Source of the DNA: Bugula neritina
Taxonomy: Eukaryota; Animalia; Bryozoa
NCBI GenBank assembly: GCA_964035545.1
Contig: OZ037767.1
Location: 1,127,680 to 1,191,679 of the forward strand
Reading direction: 5' to 3'
DNA length: 64,000 nt
The position numbers were made by a program, and so were the translations under genes. The notes beneath the pieces were generated by a model, which was not told the DNA's origin, did no database searches, and saw only the letters and a list, made by a program, of their open reading frames with translations. Shown in pieces: positions 1 to 13,202 of this stretch (its first letter is position 1; every line of letters begins with the position of its first letter).

Positions 1-830
1 CATTAAAGCTTTATATAACTTTTTACACTCAAAGGTAACAAGCCTAGTTTTTCCTGATATTGTTGCCATTGCTTGTCTCCACATTGCTTAACTAGCATAA
101 TAGCAAACTCTAAAATAAATTTTCTTTGAGCCACATTTATTTTCAAATTGGCCACCCGGGCACAATAGGCCACCTGACCATTGAACCCTGATCGCTGTTA
201 TTAGTTTGGTAAAATCCATGGATATAGCCATAACTGATTTGCATGTTTTGTAAAATATCAAAGATATAATGATAAGAGTACTACACTACCAGGTTAAGCT
301 GCCAGCATATACATCTGGTGAGGTTATAGCTTTGCCGTTTTATACATAATACAAAACACTCTGCTATTGCTACTGATGGACATGCCATAATATTCATTAT
401 ACATTATATCATTGAGGAAATATACATGTATTTGACTAAAATAAATTGTGATTTGCTCTTTTCCTCCCTTTCCCCTTTCCCCCTTTCCACACTCCAGTCA
501 CAAACTTCAGCCACCTTAGCTGCATTTCATAGTAATGTTACTAAAGTTTTTTCTAATAAAAGTTTCTGTGAAGTGGAGTTTTTATTCAGAAATAGAAAAA
601 ACATTTTTAGTTCCAAACAGTAATGATAATGGCACCCCTGCTATCTGCCAATCTCCCCCCTCCCCCCCACCCGCTGGCCCTATATATATATATATATCAA
701 ATAGAAAATTATTCTAAAAATATTCTCTATTTTGAAATATGTGTTATCCGTGATGCTTTTATTTACTTGTGGATGTACATTTGACCCAGGGGTGTTTTTA
801 AGCATTGCATTATAAAAAAGTATATAGAGG

Positions 831-950
831 GAGCAGCCGTGGTCTAGGGGTTAGAGTATTTGCCTAGTAAACATGAAGTCATGGGTTCAGTTCCGGACAA
901 ATGCCATTGGCTGCGTTAGGAAAAGCATCCAGTCATAATTACTTTTGTGC
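831..950 (+). mobile_element. tRNA-derived SINE-like head
   Basis: A-box-like TGGTCTAGGGGTTAGA and B-box-like GGGTTCAGTTCC at tRNA spacing; no convincing cloverleaf; 3' limit approximate. Confidence 0.55.
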
Positions 951-3900
951 CTCATTTAAATAAGTCTTTAGCCAGATTTAAAAAAAAACCCTTTCTATCA
1001 GGGGTTTCTCACAGAAATAGTGACTATAAACTTTTGTGAGTTTTTAATAAAAGAGTAAATCATTAGAGAGAAAATGCACTTGTACAGCTACTGCACTACA
1101 AGAGTTCTACTGCTTGAGGTGCTGGTATTGAACTGGGCTGGAAAATTTCTTCATCCACACTCTTCACTTGGAAGACAAAAATACTGGTAGAAGGGTTGCA
1201 GTTACGTAATTTTACCTATTCTATTCTCTATTCTCACATATCTCCGCTTTGTCCTGTGCGGGTAGTGGGAGTTACATAATTTTACCTGTTAAAGGAAAAT
1301 CGCGCTATATAGTGGGATTTCCACTTTCCTCATGCAATTATACTATTTTACGCCAAAGGCTTTATTGAAATTTTATAGTGTTTATTTGCTTTATTTTATA
1401 AAATTGTTACACTCCAGCAATTTTGGTTTCGTCTGCCCTTGCTTAGAATCCATGAGTTCAATAATTCTGCTAGAATTTCTGTTTCATGACAGTTCAACTT
1501 ATTTTATATTTATGTGTTTTGTAGACTCAAAGCAACTGTTAGCTTGCTAAAGCTCTGAACCACCAGAATATAACAGTAATTTCTACCAAGAATGTTCACT
1601 CGTGTCATCTAAATTTTAGCTGAACGCTTCGTAGGCGAGCTGAATTCTGATTGGCTAAATGGCATTCTAGCGTGACCATTGGTCACCAATTCAATACCAA
1701 TGCCTGTTCGTAGTAAATAATCTTTATTAATTGTAATAAATATATAAGAATGTTGGAATAGAATGTTACTACTGCAGAAAAGCATTATCACCACTAGTAA
1801 TAAGGAAAGAAAGCGAAAACTACAGCAGCATGAGAGAGAATACTAAACAACTATTGAAGTAGATGACACTATTTTCTAATAATATTTAGGTAAGAGTACA
1901 ATGCAACCCACAGCTTCTTCTCTGAGGTTATGTAACACAATACAAATGACTACAAGTACATAAGTGCTTCAGGTATGAATATTACTAGAATAATTTATTT
2001 TAAAGTGAAATTTAGAATTTAATTTATTAAATATTATGTATACTATCACTATTCTATCTACTAGTCAACCTGATCAGCAAAGCAATTTCTCTATAGAAGT
2101 ATGAAGTAGATATTCATTATTAATCTACATTGTTGTCTATAAGATATCTAGTTATCAATATAATTATTTTAGGAGTTTATTTTTCAAGCTAGTAACTAAA
2201 ACCAATTGTTCATAGTCATTTAAAAACTCAACTAAATATAACATATTATGTTGGCTAAACAGCTGTAGCACCCCTTTAGCACTACTACCAAATGACGCCA
2301 TGCTTAGTTCAACACTAAACTGAACTAAAACCTTCATATTTTACTTTTCCAATATGAATATTCATCTCAGTAACTTTGTAATATTTTTATACTACACTAT
2401 GAAATAGGTACTATAAATAGATGTAGAATATACTATAAATATATATACAATACAATATATATAGATATATAATATAATAATGCATGAATTGATATATAAT
2501 TATAATGTAAAATAAATAGCTATCTGATATAATAGAAATAAATACATAATATAATATAAATAGATATTATATAATAGAATAAATGAATAGATATATAATA
2601 TAATATAAAAAACCATATCACTACCCGCTCTTGAACAAGCAATGCCTAAGCTGAAATTAGTCATAAAAATGTTTTGATAATAATTGAGAGAGCTATAACA
2701 TCAGTGTGCAAATAATGTTCATTTTCATTATTTTTAAAGCAGACTCATAAGGTATTGCAGAGGACTGGTTAATGAAATGCTTTCTCTATTATGCAGGCCG
2801 AAATAAGTACTCTTACAATAATACCTAAAACTGTTGCTTTGGAGTTGTGTTCTCTCAAATTGAGACTAAGTGGAAATATAAATACAATTCCTAAAAATAA
2901 TATTTGTTTAAAATTTTGGGCGTAATAATAAAAACTCCTCAAATCTATAGATGACGAAATCACACAAAAACAAAATTTACATAATGATGGTCTTGTGGTA
3001 TGCAAGGTGGTTGAATTTTATATATATTTAATAATCATTATAATTTCTATGCTTGAAAAATATAATTTTATTTATTTCAACATAAAAAACTGCTTGAATG
3101 TAAATTATGTAAATGGAGATATATTGCATACCCAAATTTTTATTTATCACTGCATATGATGTTTATAGCAAAGGATAAATAAACAGGTAAAAAATTTATT
3201 ATAAAGGAGATTTCTCTGACCTGTAAGATGCAGGTGGGGGGGGGGAGGGGTGGGGTTTATAATGATACATTGCGGTAGATTATACAACTGTAGAGAGATG
3301 TCTCCAATAAGAGTAAAGCCCAATGTAATTTATTATGTAGATGATATGCAGCTTTTGGCCAAAATTCACTAAAATAATTATAGTACAACATAATTTCTTA
3401 CAAGGCTTAGCTGTTTATTAAACTAAAATTTAAAACAATTTTTCAAATGCTTAGGTTGAGCAAGGCTATCTGGCTAGTAGAAAATTTACTTCTATCTCCT
3501 GTTTGCAATGGAAAACATATAACTTGAGTGTGTGTCAGTAACGTGGTGGGGATATTTGACCAGTTGTGTACAATATTATGGAGCAATTTTCAATAATAAA
3601 GTATATTGAAGTTACATAATACTATATAATAGGTGCTTGAATGACCTGTGTTATGTAATGATTACATAACTTAGAGTTAGAGCAAGCGTCTGTCTACACC
3701 TAATTATTCATCAGCTAGTCTCGGTCATCAATCCTAGATTCAACAGCCTTCGTCTTGCAATGAAATGATGCTTTACGATTGTGCCACAGAAACTGAAAAT
3801 TCAAGAGAAACCCTACATTGCTGTATTTCATTCTCTTTTATTGGCTTTTTAACTCTTAAAAAAAGTAACAGTACTTTATATTTACTGCTTCTTGTTTATG

Positions 3901-4234
3901 AACTTAAGTAATTGATTGTCAATTTAAACTATTTTAACTAATATAATAAAAAAGTAATGATTTATTCCAGAAGCATTGCAGTTACTTCAACAACTTTATT
4001 GATAAATAAATTTAGTTATTTGTCTCTCTTCTATCTGCAACTATAAAACAAATTAATTCAGAAATCTTTTTGAAATTCTCAGATAAAAACTTTAATTTTA
4101 CTGCTACCTTTTTAGAATCGATAGCTCTGGAAATTATGTAAAAAATTATTTTCATATTTAAAAAGACTCGCATTCTATTTTATTATATCAGCATTATCAA
4201 GCAATCAGTCGACGCTAGGTGCAGGTGCATTTTG

Positions 4235-4262
4235 TGACGTCACCTAACAAAGTGTGACGTCA
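4235..4262. promoter_or_regulatory. Two perfect CRE palindromes (TGACGTCA) 20 bp apart
   Basis: TGACGTCA at 4235-4242 and 4255-4262, about 1 kb upstream of the bZIP ORF; could instead be part of a repeat. Confidence 0.4.
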
Positions 4263-5273
4263 TCAACTTTGTAGTGACTCTGCCGAGACTATAAGTATCA
4301 ATATGAAATAAAGCCATAAGAAATACGAAACAATTTCATGTTAAACTTTGTATATTTTAAGTTATAAAATCACACCAAACTCATACATCAAATATATTAT
4401 ATTATGATAATATTATATTGCGCTTTTAATATACTACGTATAATTTATCATATTATATTATTATATTATATTATAGTATCATATTATCATATTATAATAT
4501 AATATTATGTTATTTAGTTAAAATCTAAATCTGTTCTCATTCTCAATTGATACAATGTAATGTATTCTTTTTATAAACTGACATGATATAATATAATACA
4601 ACATATTTTTCTATGGTTTATCATAGTATAATATGACATAGCATAATATAAATAATTTAATTTAATAATATCAAAGTAACCATTCAAATTTAATAAATTG
4701 AAACATAGCATATAATGTATAATTTTTCCTGAAAATAATTAATTTCAAACTCCATAGCTTTAACTTTATTAAATGTGTTTTATGCCAGAGAGCACCCTTA
4801 TACTATATTGACATGCTAAGCAAATTATTTAAATTTCCACTACTTTTATTCTAAGTGTGTTAAAGAAAAACAGTTTTATATTCTTAACAATAAATAAATG
4901 GAGAAATAAATTTCTGAGAGTAAACATTTTCAAGCAGTTGGAATTGACTGCAAGTTTTTGTATTACAATAAAATTTATAACTTTCCACTATTGCTGTGTT
5001 CTGTATCTATATAATCTTTCTATCTGGTTTAAGGGTCTAAATTGCTGCACTCAGTCACCCCAACTCGGAGCTGTTTATAGACAAATTTGTACTATATGCT
5101 GCATTCAAGCTCTGATCAACTTAGGATCAATTCAGAATTTTCTTTGGCTTGTATAGGGCTAAGGCTCAGTCGTGTTATAATACAGTAGAGATTGCGTAAC
5201 AAAGAGTGCAGCGACACTCAGTTGACCACATGGCAACAAAAGCAGCTACTAATCCTTACTATATGTTTTAGGT

Positions 5274-6149
5274 ATGGAGAAAGTGGATGTCACCAGCACA
5301 CAGCTAACGAGCGACTTGTCCAATAAGCCGCCAGCTCACTTACACTCGACCAATAAGCTATCATCTCACTCTAACAGCTCTTCATCTGGTCACGCCTCTC
5401 CCAGTCAGATATCACCAGAAGAGAATCTGTCTAATCTGAATCAATCGTATGCAGCCTCAATGACAAATTTAGGTGCGGGCACCACCATGCCCAACCCACT
5501 ATCCGCAGTGGATCCTGGTCTATCTCCCTTCACAAACTCTTTTAACCCCCTGACATTACTGCAAGCATCGAACCCTTCACTCCCCTCATGCTACTCTGGC
5601 TTTGATTCTCTCTCCATGATGTCCATGCTCCAGGCAGCTTCTCTGGGACTTCCCGGCACAGTAGACATGCCTCAGTACCTCACCAACAGCAACTGGCTCA
5701 ACAGTTTCAACAGCAGGAAACGCAGACACACCAAATCAACTGCTACGCCTGAGCTGGTAGATGTTAAGCCGCCCGACCTTGAGAAGAAAGCTTTTAAACA
5801 GACCCAGAGCCAGCCAACTTCCACGTCTGCTTCCAGTGGAGAAAAGAAAGATGACAGCTATTGGGACCGCAGACGGAAAAACAATGAAGCGGCGAAACGA
5901 TCTCGAGATGCGAGGCGGTTGAAAGAAGATGAAGTTTTAAAAAGAGCAAAATTTTTAGAGCAAGAAAATACGGCTCTAAAAGCTCAGATGAAAATGTTGA
6001 GGGCCGAGTTTTCAAGACTTCAATTCTTTATATATAGTCAAGCAGCATCGGGGCCGGGTGCTCTACACCCCCAACCTGCATCATCTCTCCATCCAAGTCT
6101 ACTACTAAACAACTCATTCGAAAGTGATGCTGCCTCAGTTGAGAGCTGA
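5274..6149 (+). CDS. PAR-family bZIP transcription factor (giant/CES-2/TEF-HLF-like)
   Basis: 291-aa ORF with [30 protein letters not shown] basic region and leucine zipper; Ser/Pro-rich N-terminus; a splice acceptor (ttttag) just before the ATG means an upstream exon is possible. Confidence 0.92.
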   Translation: MEKVDVTSTQLTSDLSNKPPAHLHSTNKLSSHSNSSSSGHASPSQISPEENLSNLNQSYAASMTNLGAGTTMPNPLSAVDPGLSPFTNSFNPLTLLQASNPSLPSCYSGFDSLSMMSMLQAASLGLPGTVDMPQYLTNSNWLNSFNSRKRRHTKSTATPELVDVKPPDLEKKAFKQTQSQPTSTSASSGEKKDDSYWDRRRKNNEAAKRSRDARRLKEDEVLKRAKFLEQENTALKAQMKMLRAEFSRLQFFIYSQAASGPGALHPQPASSLHPSLLLNNSFESDAASVES

Positions 6150-8995
6150 GAGAACACAACTCTAACAAAACTGAAACATTGAAACAGAGAGTAGATGACT
6201 CCAACTCATCTGCTAAAAGCTATGCAAAGAGTCATTTTGACTTTACTAGTCGGGCCCACACTAAGCTAAGTTATTGCTGTCTAAATGATGTAATTATTAC
6301 TCTGAGTCCATTTGACACTAAGGCTTTGGTACTGGTATTCCATTTAAAACACATGCAATGTGTAAAACAATTATAAACATTTGCTATACGTTTATATGTT
6401 TGAATCTACATATTTAGAATTTTATTTCCAATACTTGGTTTCAATTTTTTATGTGGGTTGGAAGCTTTTATTAGAAAAAAATTAAAGACAAATTTTTAAA
6501 ACTTGAATTTGGTATATTTTAAAACCTGGACATTTTGTTTTCTAACACAATTTTCAAATTTTAAAGTAGTGTAGCAAAACATGTTATATAACCATGGCTT
6601 TGCTTTCTATTTAGAATAGCAATTTATATAAGTAAAGGCCAACATTTTACCCACTCTGTCTACCTCATGTCACTAGCATGCTATTTAATTACTGTATTTT
6701 ACACCTGTTACATTACGTAACGTCAGCGCTCTCAGCTTATGTTACGTAATGTTATATTATTTTATTATATAGAAGTAATAACACATCTAGACTATACCGG
6801 TTGCTGTAGAAAGAAAGAAAGCTTGGCATAGCTAAATGCTAGCTTTCACCATAAAGAAAACACACTTGCATATTTGAACTGAGAAAGTCTCCAACAGCTT
6901 AACTTCAGCAAATATAAGAGGCTAGTTTGAAAATCCTTAAGCTGAATAAACTGAAAGATGAAGTGATTTTAATGCAGTGATAAGAGACAACACAATTTGG
7001 CCCCCACTTTATGCAAAGATATTACAATATAGCTGCGAAAACTAAGTTTAAAATTTATAAAACCCACCCACATATAATATATAACCGTATCCCACGAAAA
7101 CAAACTCGATTACTTATCTATATGCAGAGTGCATCCTCTTTCCAATATTTTAATATTTAAATTGGCTAAATTGCACACAAATTTGGAGTTGTCTACACAA
7201 CGTGTAGTTGCAAAATTCAAGCTCTTCTCAGTAAAGTGACTTATTGTGGGAAATAATTCGAACTTACAGTTGACCTTTTAGGTCATAAAATAGCATACCT
7301 AAAAATAAAATAAAAACTAAACTTTTAGTCTATAAATATCAGGTTTATACTTTGTTTATTCTCCACTACAACAATCATAACCGAGTTATCATCGAGGTTA
7401 TCTTCAATTATTAATGGGACAATAATTCAGCTATTAGATATATTCACTATACAATTATTTAGTAGATTATAAATCGATCTTACTCAGAAAACTTACAGCT
7501 GCACTTAGATCAGAGGATTTGCATGTATTTAAGGAAAGTAACCAACTGTAGAGCGATTCCAACCAATAGTCCAATAATTTATTATGGTTCCCAGTGACAA
7601 ACAGTTTTGCACCTTGTATGTATAAAAACTTGTTTTTACATAATATTTAAAATAAAATCATGGTTTTGTTTCATCAATCAAGGACAGGATTAAAAGGATA
7701 ACTCTAAACAACTACCATGGTCTAGTTCAAAACTTTTTGCAGCTACATTGAAAAGACGACTCTTCATTTAATTGATTGAAACCAGATGCTTTTATCATCG
7801 GGATATAACAAGCCTTGCTTACTGGGGAACATTGAAGAAACAATAAAACTTAACAGGTTTTTCCATATTGTGCACAAGTTATAACTTTATTGCAACAATA
7901 CAAAATTTACCAGTTTTTTCGTGGCGCTGTAATGACAATAGTATCGTCACGTTATGATGACAATCAGCCTGCTAGGCTAAGCAGACTAAAAGAAGCTTCT
8001 AGACTACATTTGCTGGCATAAAATGTAGTCTGGTTGAGGGAAGGGAAGCACTTTTAGCTGGGGAGAAGAAACTAACACCAATGAGTGAGCCGCAGCACAG
8101 GCTACTGAGGAAAGGTGATCGTCTTACCATTGTACCTGCTTGGGAACTCATACTAAGAGGTCAAGGATTATAACAGATAACAAATAAACAATAAAAACCA
8201 GCAAAAACATTTACAGTATGATCAGAAGACAGAAATGTCACTGTAAGTGCTATATGGCAGTTTTCTACCCTTTGAAGTGTCATTTTAAGCATAGCAGGAA
8301 ATTTTAATATGATTCGATTGTCATAAAATTTTAGGTAGTGGTTTTTGTGAAACATGTTCTTTTGGAAATTTCTGACTTTTATTAATTTTCTTTTTCTTTT
8401 ACTCAACTTATTCTGGTATTATTCACTTACCAAGTGTAATCAATCAAATTGAAAATAGTAAAATTAGTAAAAAGTTGTAAACATCAAAGACAAAGGATGA
8501 TTATTGGAGGAATGAAATGACAATAAAAAGATGCTTTTGTGCAACATTAGATATTTTGCTTTTCAGTCTCCTGGTTTAAACTATAATTTACCTATCCCAA
8601 GTAGAGAGTCTTGACGTGAGCTAAATTTGGTTTGGTGACTGGCAAGCAGTATTTAGAAGTTGCTTTTCTTTTTTATGATGCTAACTGGTAAAATAGTGAT
8701 AGAACAATTTGGGTGCCTCACTGATGTTGAATTGTTCAATTGTTTTGTCAAATAAGAACAATTTACGAAACGATCAAATGTTTAAACTACATCTTCCTAA
8801 GCACTGAATGGTACTAATAAATGTAATTTCCTGCCCTGCTAGTGATAAGTGGCTGTCTAATACTATATAATGATACGATGGTGATGGTAATGTTTTTAAA
8901 TCCCTAATATACTGTATTTATAATGTTGATAATATCAAATAGGCTATAACATATTGCAATATTATCTATTGAGCAATTTAACTTCACATGCCATA

Positions 8996-9716
8996 ACAAT
9001 AGTCATATATGTCTTATAGCAATAGTCATGTATGTCATATAGCAATAGTCATGTATGTCATATAGCAATAGTCATATATGTCATATAGCAATAGTCATAT
9101 ATGTCATATAGCAATAGTCATATATGTCATATAGCAATAGTCATATATGTCATATAGCAATAGTCCTGTATGCCATAGCAATAGTCATATATGTCATATA
9201 GCAATAGTCATATATGTCATATAGCAATAGTCATATATGTCATATAGCAATAGTCATATATGTCATATAGCAATAGTCATGTATATGTCATATAGCAATA
9301 GTCCTGTATGCCATAGCAATAGTCATATATGTCATATAGCAATAGTCATATATGTCATATAGCAATAGTCATGTATATGTCATATAGCAATAGTCCTGTA
9401 TGCCATAGCAATAGTCATATATGTCATATAGCAATAGTCATATATGTCATATAGCAATAGTCATGTATATGTCATATAGCAATAGTCCTGTATGCCATAG
9501 CAATAGTCATATATGTCATATAGCAATAGTCATATATGTCATATAGCAATAGTCATGTATATGTCATATAGCAATAGTCCTGTATGCCATAGCAATAGTC
9601 ATATATGTCATATAGCAATAGTCATATATGTCATATAGCAATAGTCATGTATATGTCATATAGCAATAGTCCTGTATGTCATAGCAATAGTCATATATGT
9701 CATATAACAATAGTCA
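8996..9716. repeat. Minisatellite (~23-bp unit AGCAATAGTCATATATGTCATAT) with 92-bp higher-order repeat
   Basis: 21-, 23- and 25-bp variants; the CCTGTATG variant recurs at 9303, 9395, 9487, 9579, 9671. Confidence 0.95.
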
Positions 9717-10027
9717 CGTATCTTACAGTTTGAAAGATTGCTTAATATTATACACTGCAGCTGGAAAGCCTTCAGTACCGTTAGCATACTTAATGAAATA
9801 GAACATCAGTGCCTATGACTATAAATAGCACCTGATTTCCTGTATAACAAAGCAACAAGTTGATACTGATTTACCACAAGTTGTCTGAAATTAAGGGTGA
9901 AATATATCACAGCGTCTTTTATAATAAGTGTATATTATATATATAGATAAAATATATATCTACTGTATGTATAATAAATGTAGAAGTGTTTATAAACAAC
10001 TATAATATGACAAAACAAAAAGTAGTA

Positions 10028-10094
10028 TGCGCGAGTGTGTGCGCGCGTGTGTGTGGTGCGCGTGTGTGTGTGCGCGTGTGCGCGTGTGCGCGTG
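10028..10094. repeat. (GT)/(CG) compound microsatellite
   Basis: gtgtgcgcgcgtgtgtg tract. Confidence 0.9.
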
Positions 10095-13000
10095 TAAAAC
10101 TAGCTCTAAGTTGTAGTGTTAACAGGTCTGCAAGAGTTTTAGTTAATTTCATGATGGCAAACTACCCATGATGGTGTTTCACTAGTAATTTCTATAAAAC
10201 CTTTTATTCAGATTATCACACTTTATGCCTTACAGAGACTAACTGACATAAGTCTATAAGATTAAAGCTTACTTAAGCCACAGTTCTTGAGAACTGTATC
10301 AAAACTTTGAGGTTTGATACCATAGGAACATATTTTGTTAGAACCAGGGCTAAAGATTATCTTAGAAATTGAAGAGCCACTATTGAATTACTTGAATTGT
10401 TTCTAAAACTCCCAACTTAACGAGAGATTAACCTTGGTGTGTCAGTTTAATATACAGGAAATGCTTCTAGTAGTATTTTCTAACTACTCAATAGAAAGTA
10501 CTGTAACTCAATTTACAATGTCCTATTGTATGAATTAATTCAACTTCTCATATCTATTAAAATAACGAAAATACTCATCAATCAGATTCAAAATTGAATT
10601 TTTCCATCAAAAGTTTAGTCTGAACGCAGAGCTTTGGTTACAAAGAAGCACATCATCTCACTACCTTACAATGTCGGCAATAAATTTACAATTTCAAGAA
10701 AATTCGAGTTCAATAATCCACTTGTAATGTCTGCCTCTTTTTGAAACAGAACAATATGGGTGTAACTATTCCATGTATAAAATAATTATACGAATACATT
10801 CTGCATGAAAGTGTAAGTGAGATTGCTTGAGTACTGTATGTGAAAAATGCTTATATTTTACTCATTACTAAAAATAACATTTTGATCAATTGATGTTATT
10901 CGTGATGATTAAACAGTGTCTATTATGAATAACTACTATGTCATTAGTCGAATTGGCTAATGTGATAACAATTTAATCTTGTTATGATTGTTATTCGAAA
11001 TATTCTAAAATATCACACAGATGCACTATTTCACTACTCATTGATGTCATTATTTATTGCTCCAAATTGTTTACTCCAGTCACGGTAGCCACTTCATCTG
11101 CTGAACTGATGGATGGGAAGAGCTAACTATTTGCACTGATGCATGAACACTGTATACACTCATAATTATGTTTAAAGGCAAAACAATAACTTGTAGTATA
11201 TTATGTCAATGAAAAGCCTAACTAAATTTCTAAAAGCTTACAACACAAAATAAAATAATATAAAAAGTTATTACTTAATATTCAAACACTAATTGTTAAT
11301 TAAAACTATTCTTTTTATTTTGAAAATGGTAATATTATTTTTGACCAAAACATAATATTAAACTCTAAAATTACATAAGACTGCATTTATAGATTTCAAA
11401 ACTATAAGGACTTATTGAGATTAGCGTCATGCCTAATGTATGGTAATTAATAACACTGGAGTACTGGAAGTGAATTATGAAGGGCTGTGACATGAGGGAC
11501 ACACCTGGTACTGGCTGGAAACGATTCCGCTTGCCAGCCAATAGAATGCCTCGTTGAGTTGGCTGATGCAATACAGCCAAGCTTGTGTTGTACAGATGGA
11601 TTTTAGTAAAATATGAAATATTGTCAGAATATTGCTTTTGCATTGGAACGCTTATACTTTCTGTGGATTGTACTATTAATTAATGAAAATATAAAAAGAC
11701 TCAGGAATTATTATGCTTGTTTGTAGAACACTGCATGTGTAGAAAAATGTGGAATAGGTAGGCCACATTTTGAGTAGCAACATAATGACTTTTAAAGTAG
11801 AGCATTTTTGGTCCTGTTGACAGCATTTTCTAGTACAATCAGACTACTACCACTGAATACCTACTTCATTAAAACAATGAAAAAGACTGTAGTTGAATTC
11901 ATTTTAACAAATTGTTAAATAAACAATATTTACCACCAATGCATGGCTTGCCGCAGCCTCAGTGGTGCCATTTCTGGGTTACTAACACAATCAGTACTTG
12001 CTGCAAACCTGCATATGGTTGGATTCTAAACAATGCAGTCCTTGATGCCAGCTTGTGTTCTATTAAAATTGCTATACATTTTATTTTAGCGTTGTTGCTG
12101 ATTAGGTTTTATAGTTTGCAAAATTTTATAAATAAAAAATCAATCTTTCCCAGCAATTTCTCCAAAGAGTTAAATCATAGTGTTATGTCACAATCGCCAA
12201 CGGAAGTGAAGCATTTATAATATTTTAGCTTGAATATATTTTGGATTTTGATTTTATGTCATCTAGTTTCAACTAGGCTAGTTCAAGTATAATCCAATTA
12301 AATTTAAAAATGGCTTCAGCCTTGCTTTAAATAAAGAAATGACTGATTAATGAATAAATTAATTTGCCAGGTGCTTATAATATATGCTTACATATGCTTA
12401 CACATGCTTATATAAGCTAGTAGTTACACATGCATATAGGAAAAATAGCTTTTCACACAAATGAAACGACAAAATTGACAATTGGTAATAATAATATATA
12501 ATATGGGAAAATAAAATATATGCTTATATATGCTTATAATATATGCTTATATATGCTTATAATATATGCTTATGTGGATATAACATCTGATGCATTATTA
12601 GTTTATATAATAGTAATTAATATTTGATATGCAATAATATATGTATATATGTATATCAACGGTATATAAAGTTACAATGCATAAATATTGATAGTTACAT
12701 GATTAAAAAATATATAAGTTAGTTTGATAAAAGTATAATATTATGTTTAAACATTTAAAAGTTTGAAAACAAAAATAAAAACCAAAAATTTGTATTTTAG
12801 AGCTGATGCAATGCAAGTTTTTGTAATTAATTGTCTCATAGGTGAAGCAAAACCAAAGTGTTGAATGTTTTATTGCACATAGAACTTGCATTAGGCCACA
12901 TCAAACAATACATTAGTCCCAGACACACGTGCAATTATGAGCACATGCTGGCGACTGTGTACAGCGTTGTCATGGATATGGGTCTTGCTAAAAAGGCTGA

Positions 13001-13202
13001 TGCAATGCGCATAATAATATAACGACTATATAGGGCGCGTTGGCATTACGCCTTTGATATAGTATATAGCGTAGCATTGCATCAGCAGCCGATGTCAATG
13101 AGTTCTTTCAGCTGTAGCTGAGTGTATATAAGTAGCATTGTCCGTATTGGCTTTCATTCATATAGCAACAGTTAGAGCTAAAGCACACGAATACTATTCA
13201 AC

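Larger units (their letters stand above)
1201..6750. promoter_or_regulatory. Cluster of PAR-bZIP/D-box sites (RTTAYGTAAY) around the PAR-bZIP gene
   Basis: Exact 10-mer matches (either strand) at 1201, 1271, 1927, 3611, 3650, 3661, 6712, 6741; variant ATTGCGTAAC at 5191. Confidence 0.65.

Noticed and set aside
831-900. Functional tRNA genes (also 17056 and 59395)
   Set aside because: A/B-box-like motifs only; stems do not pair convincingly; better explained as SINE heads
8996-9716. CRISPR-like array (also 22409-22470, 36908-37151, 50264-50412)
   Set aside because: Head-to-tail tandem repeats without unique spacers, no cas genes, eukaryotic context
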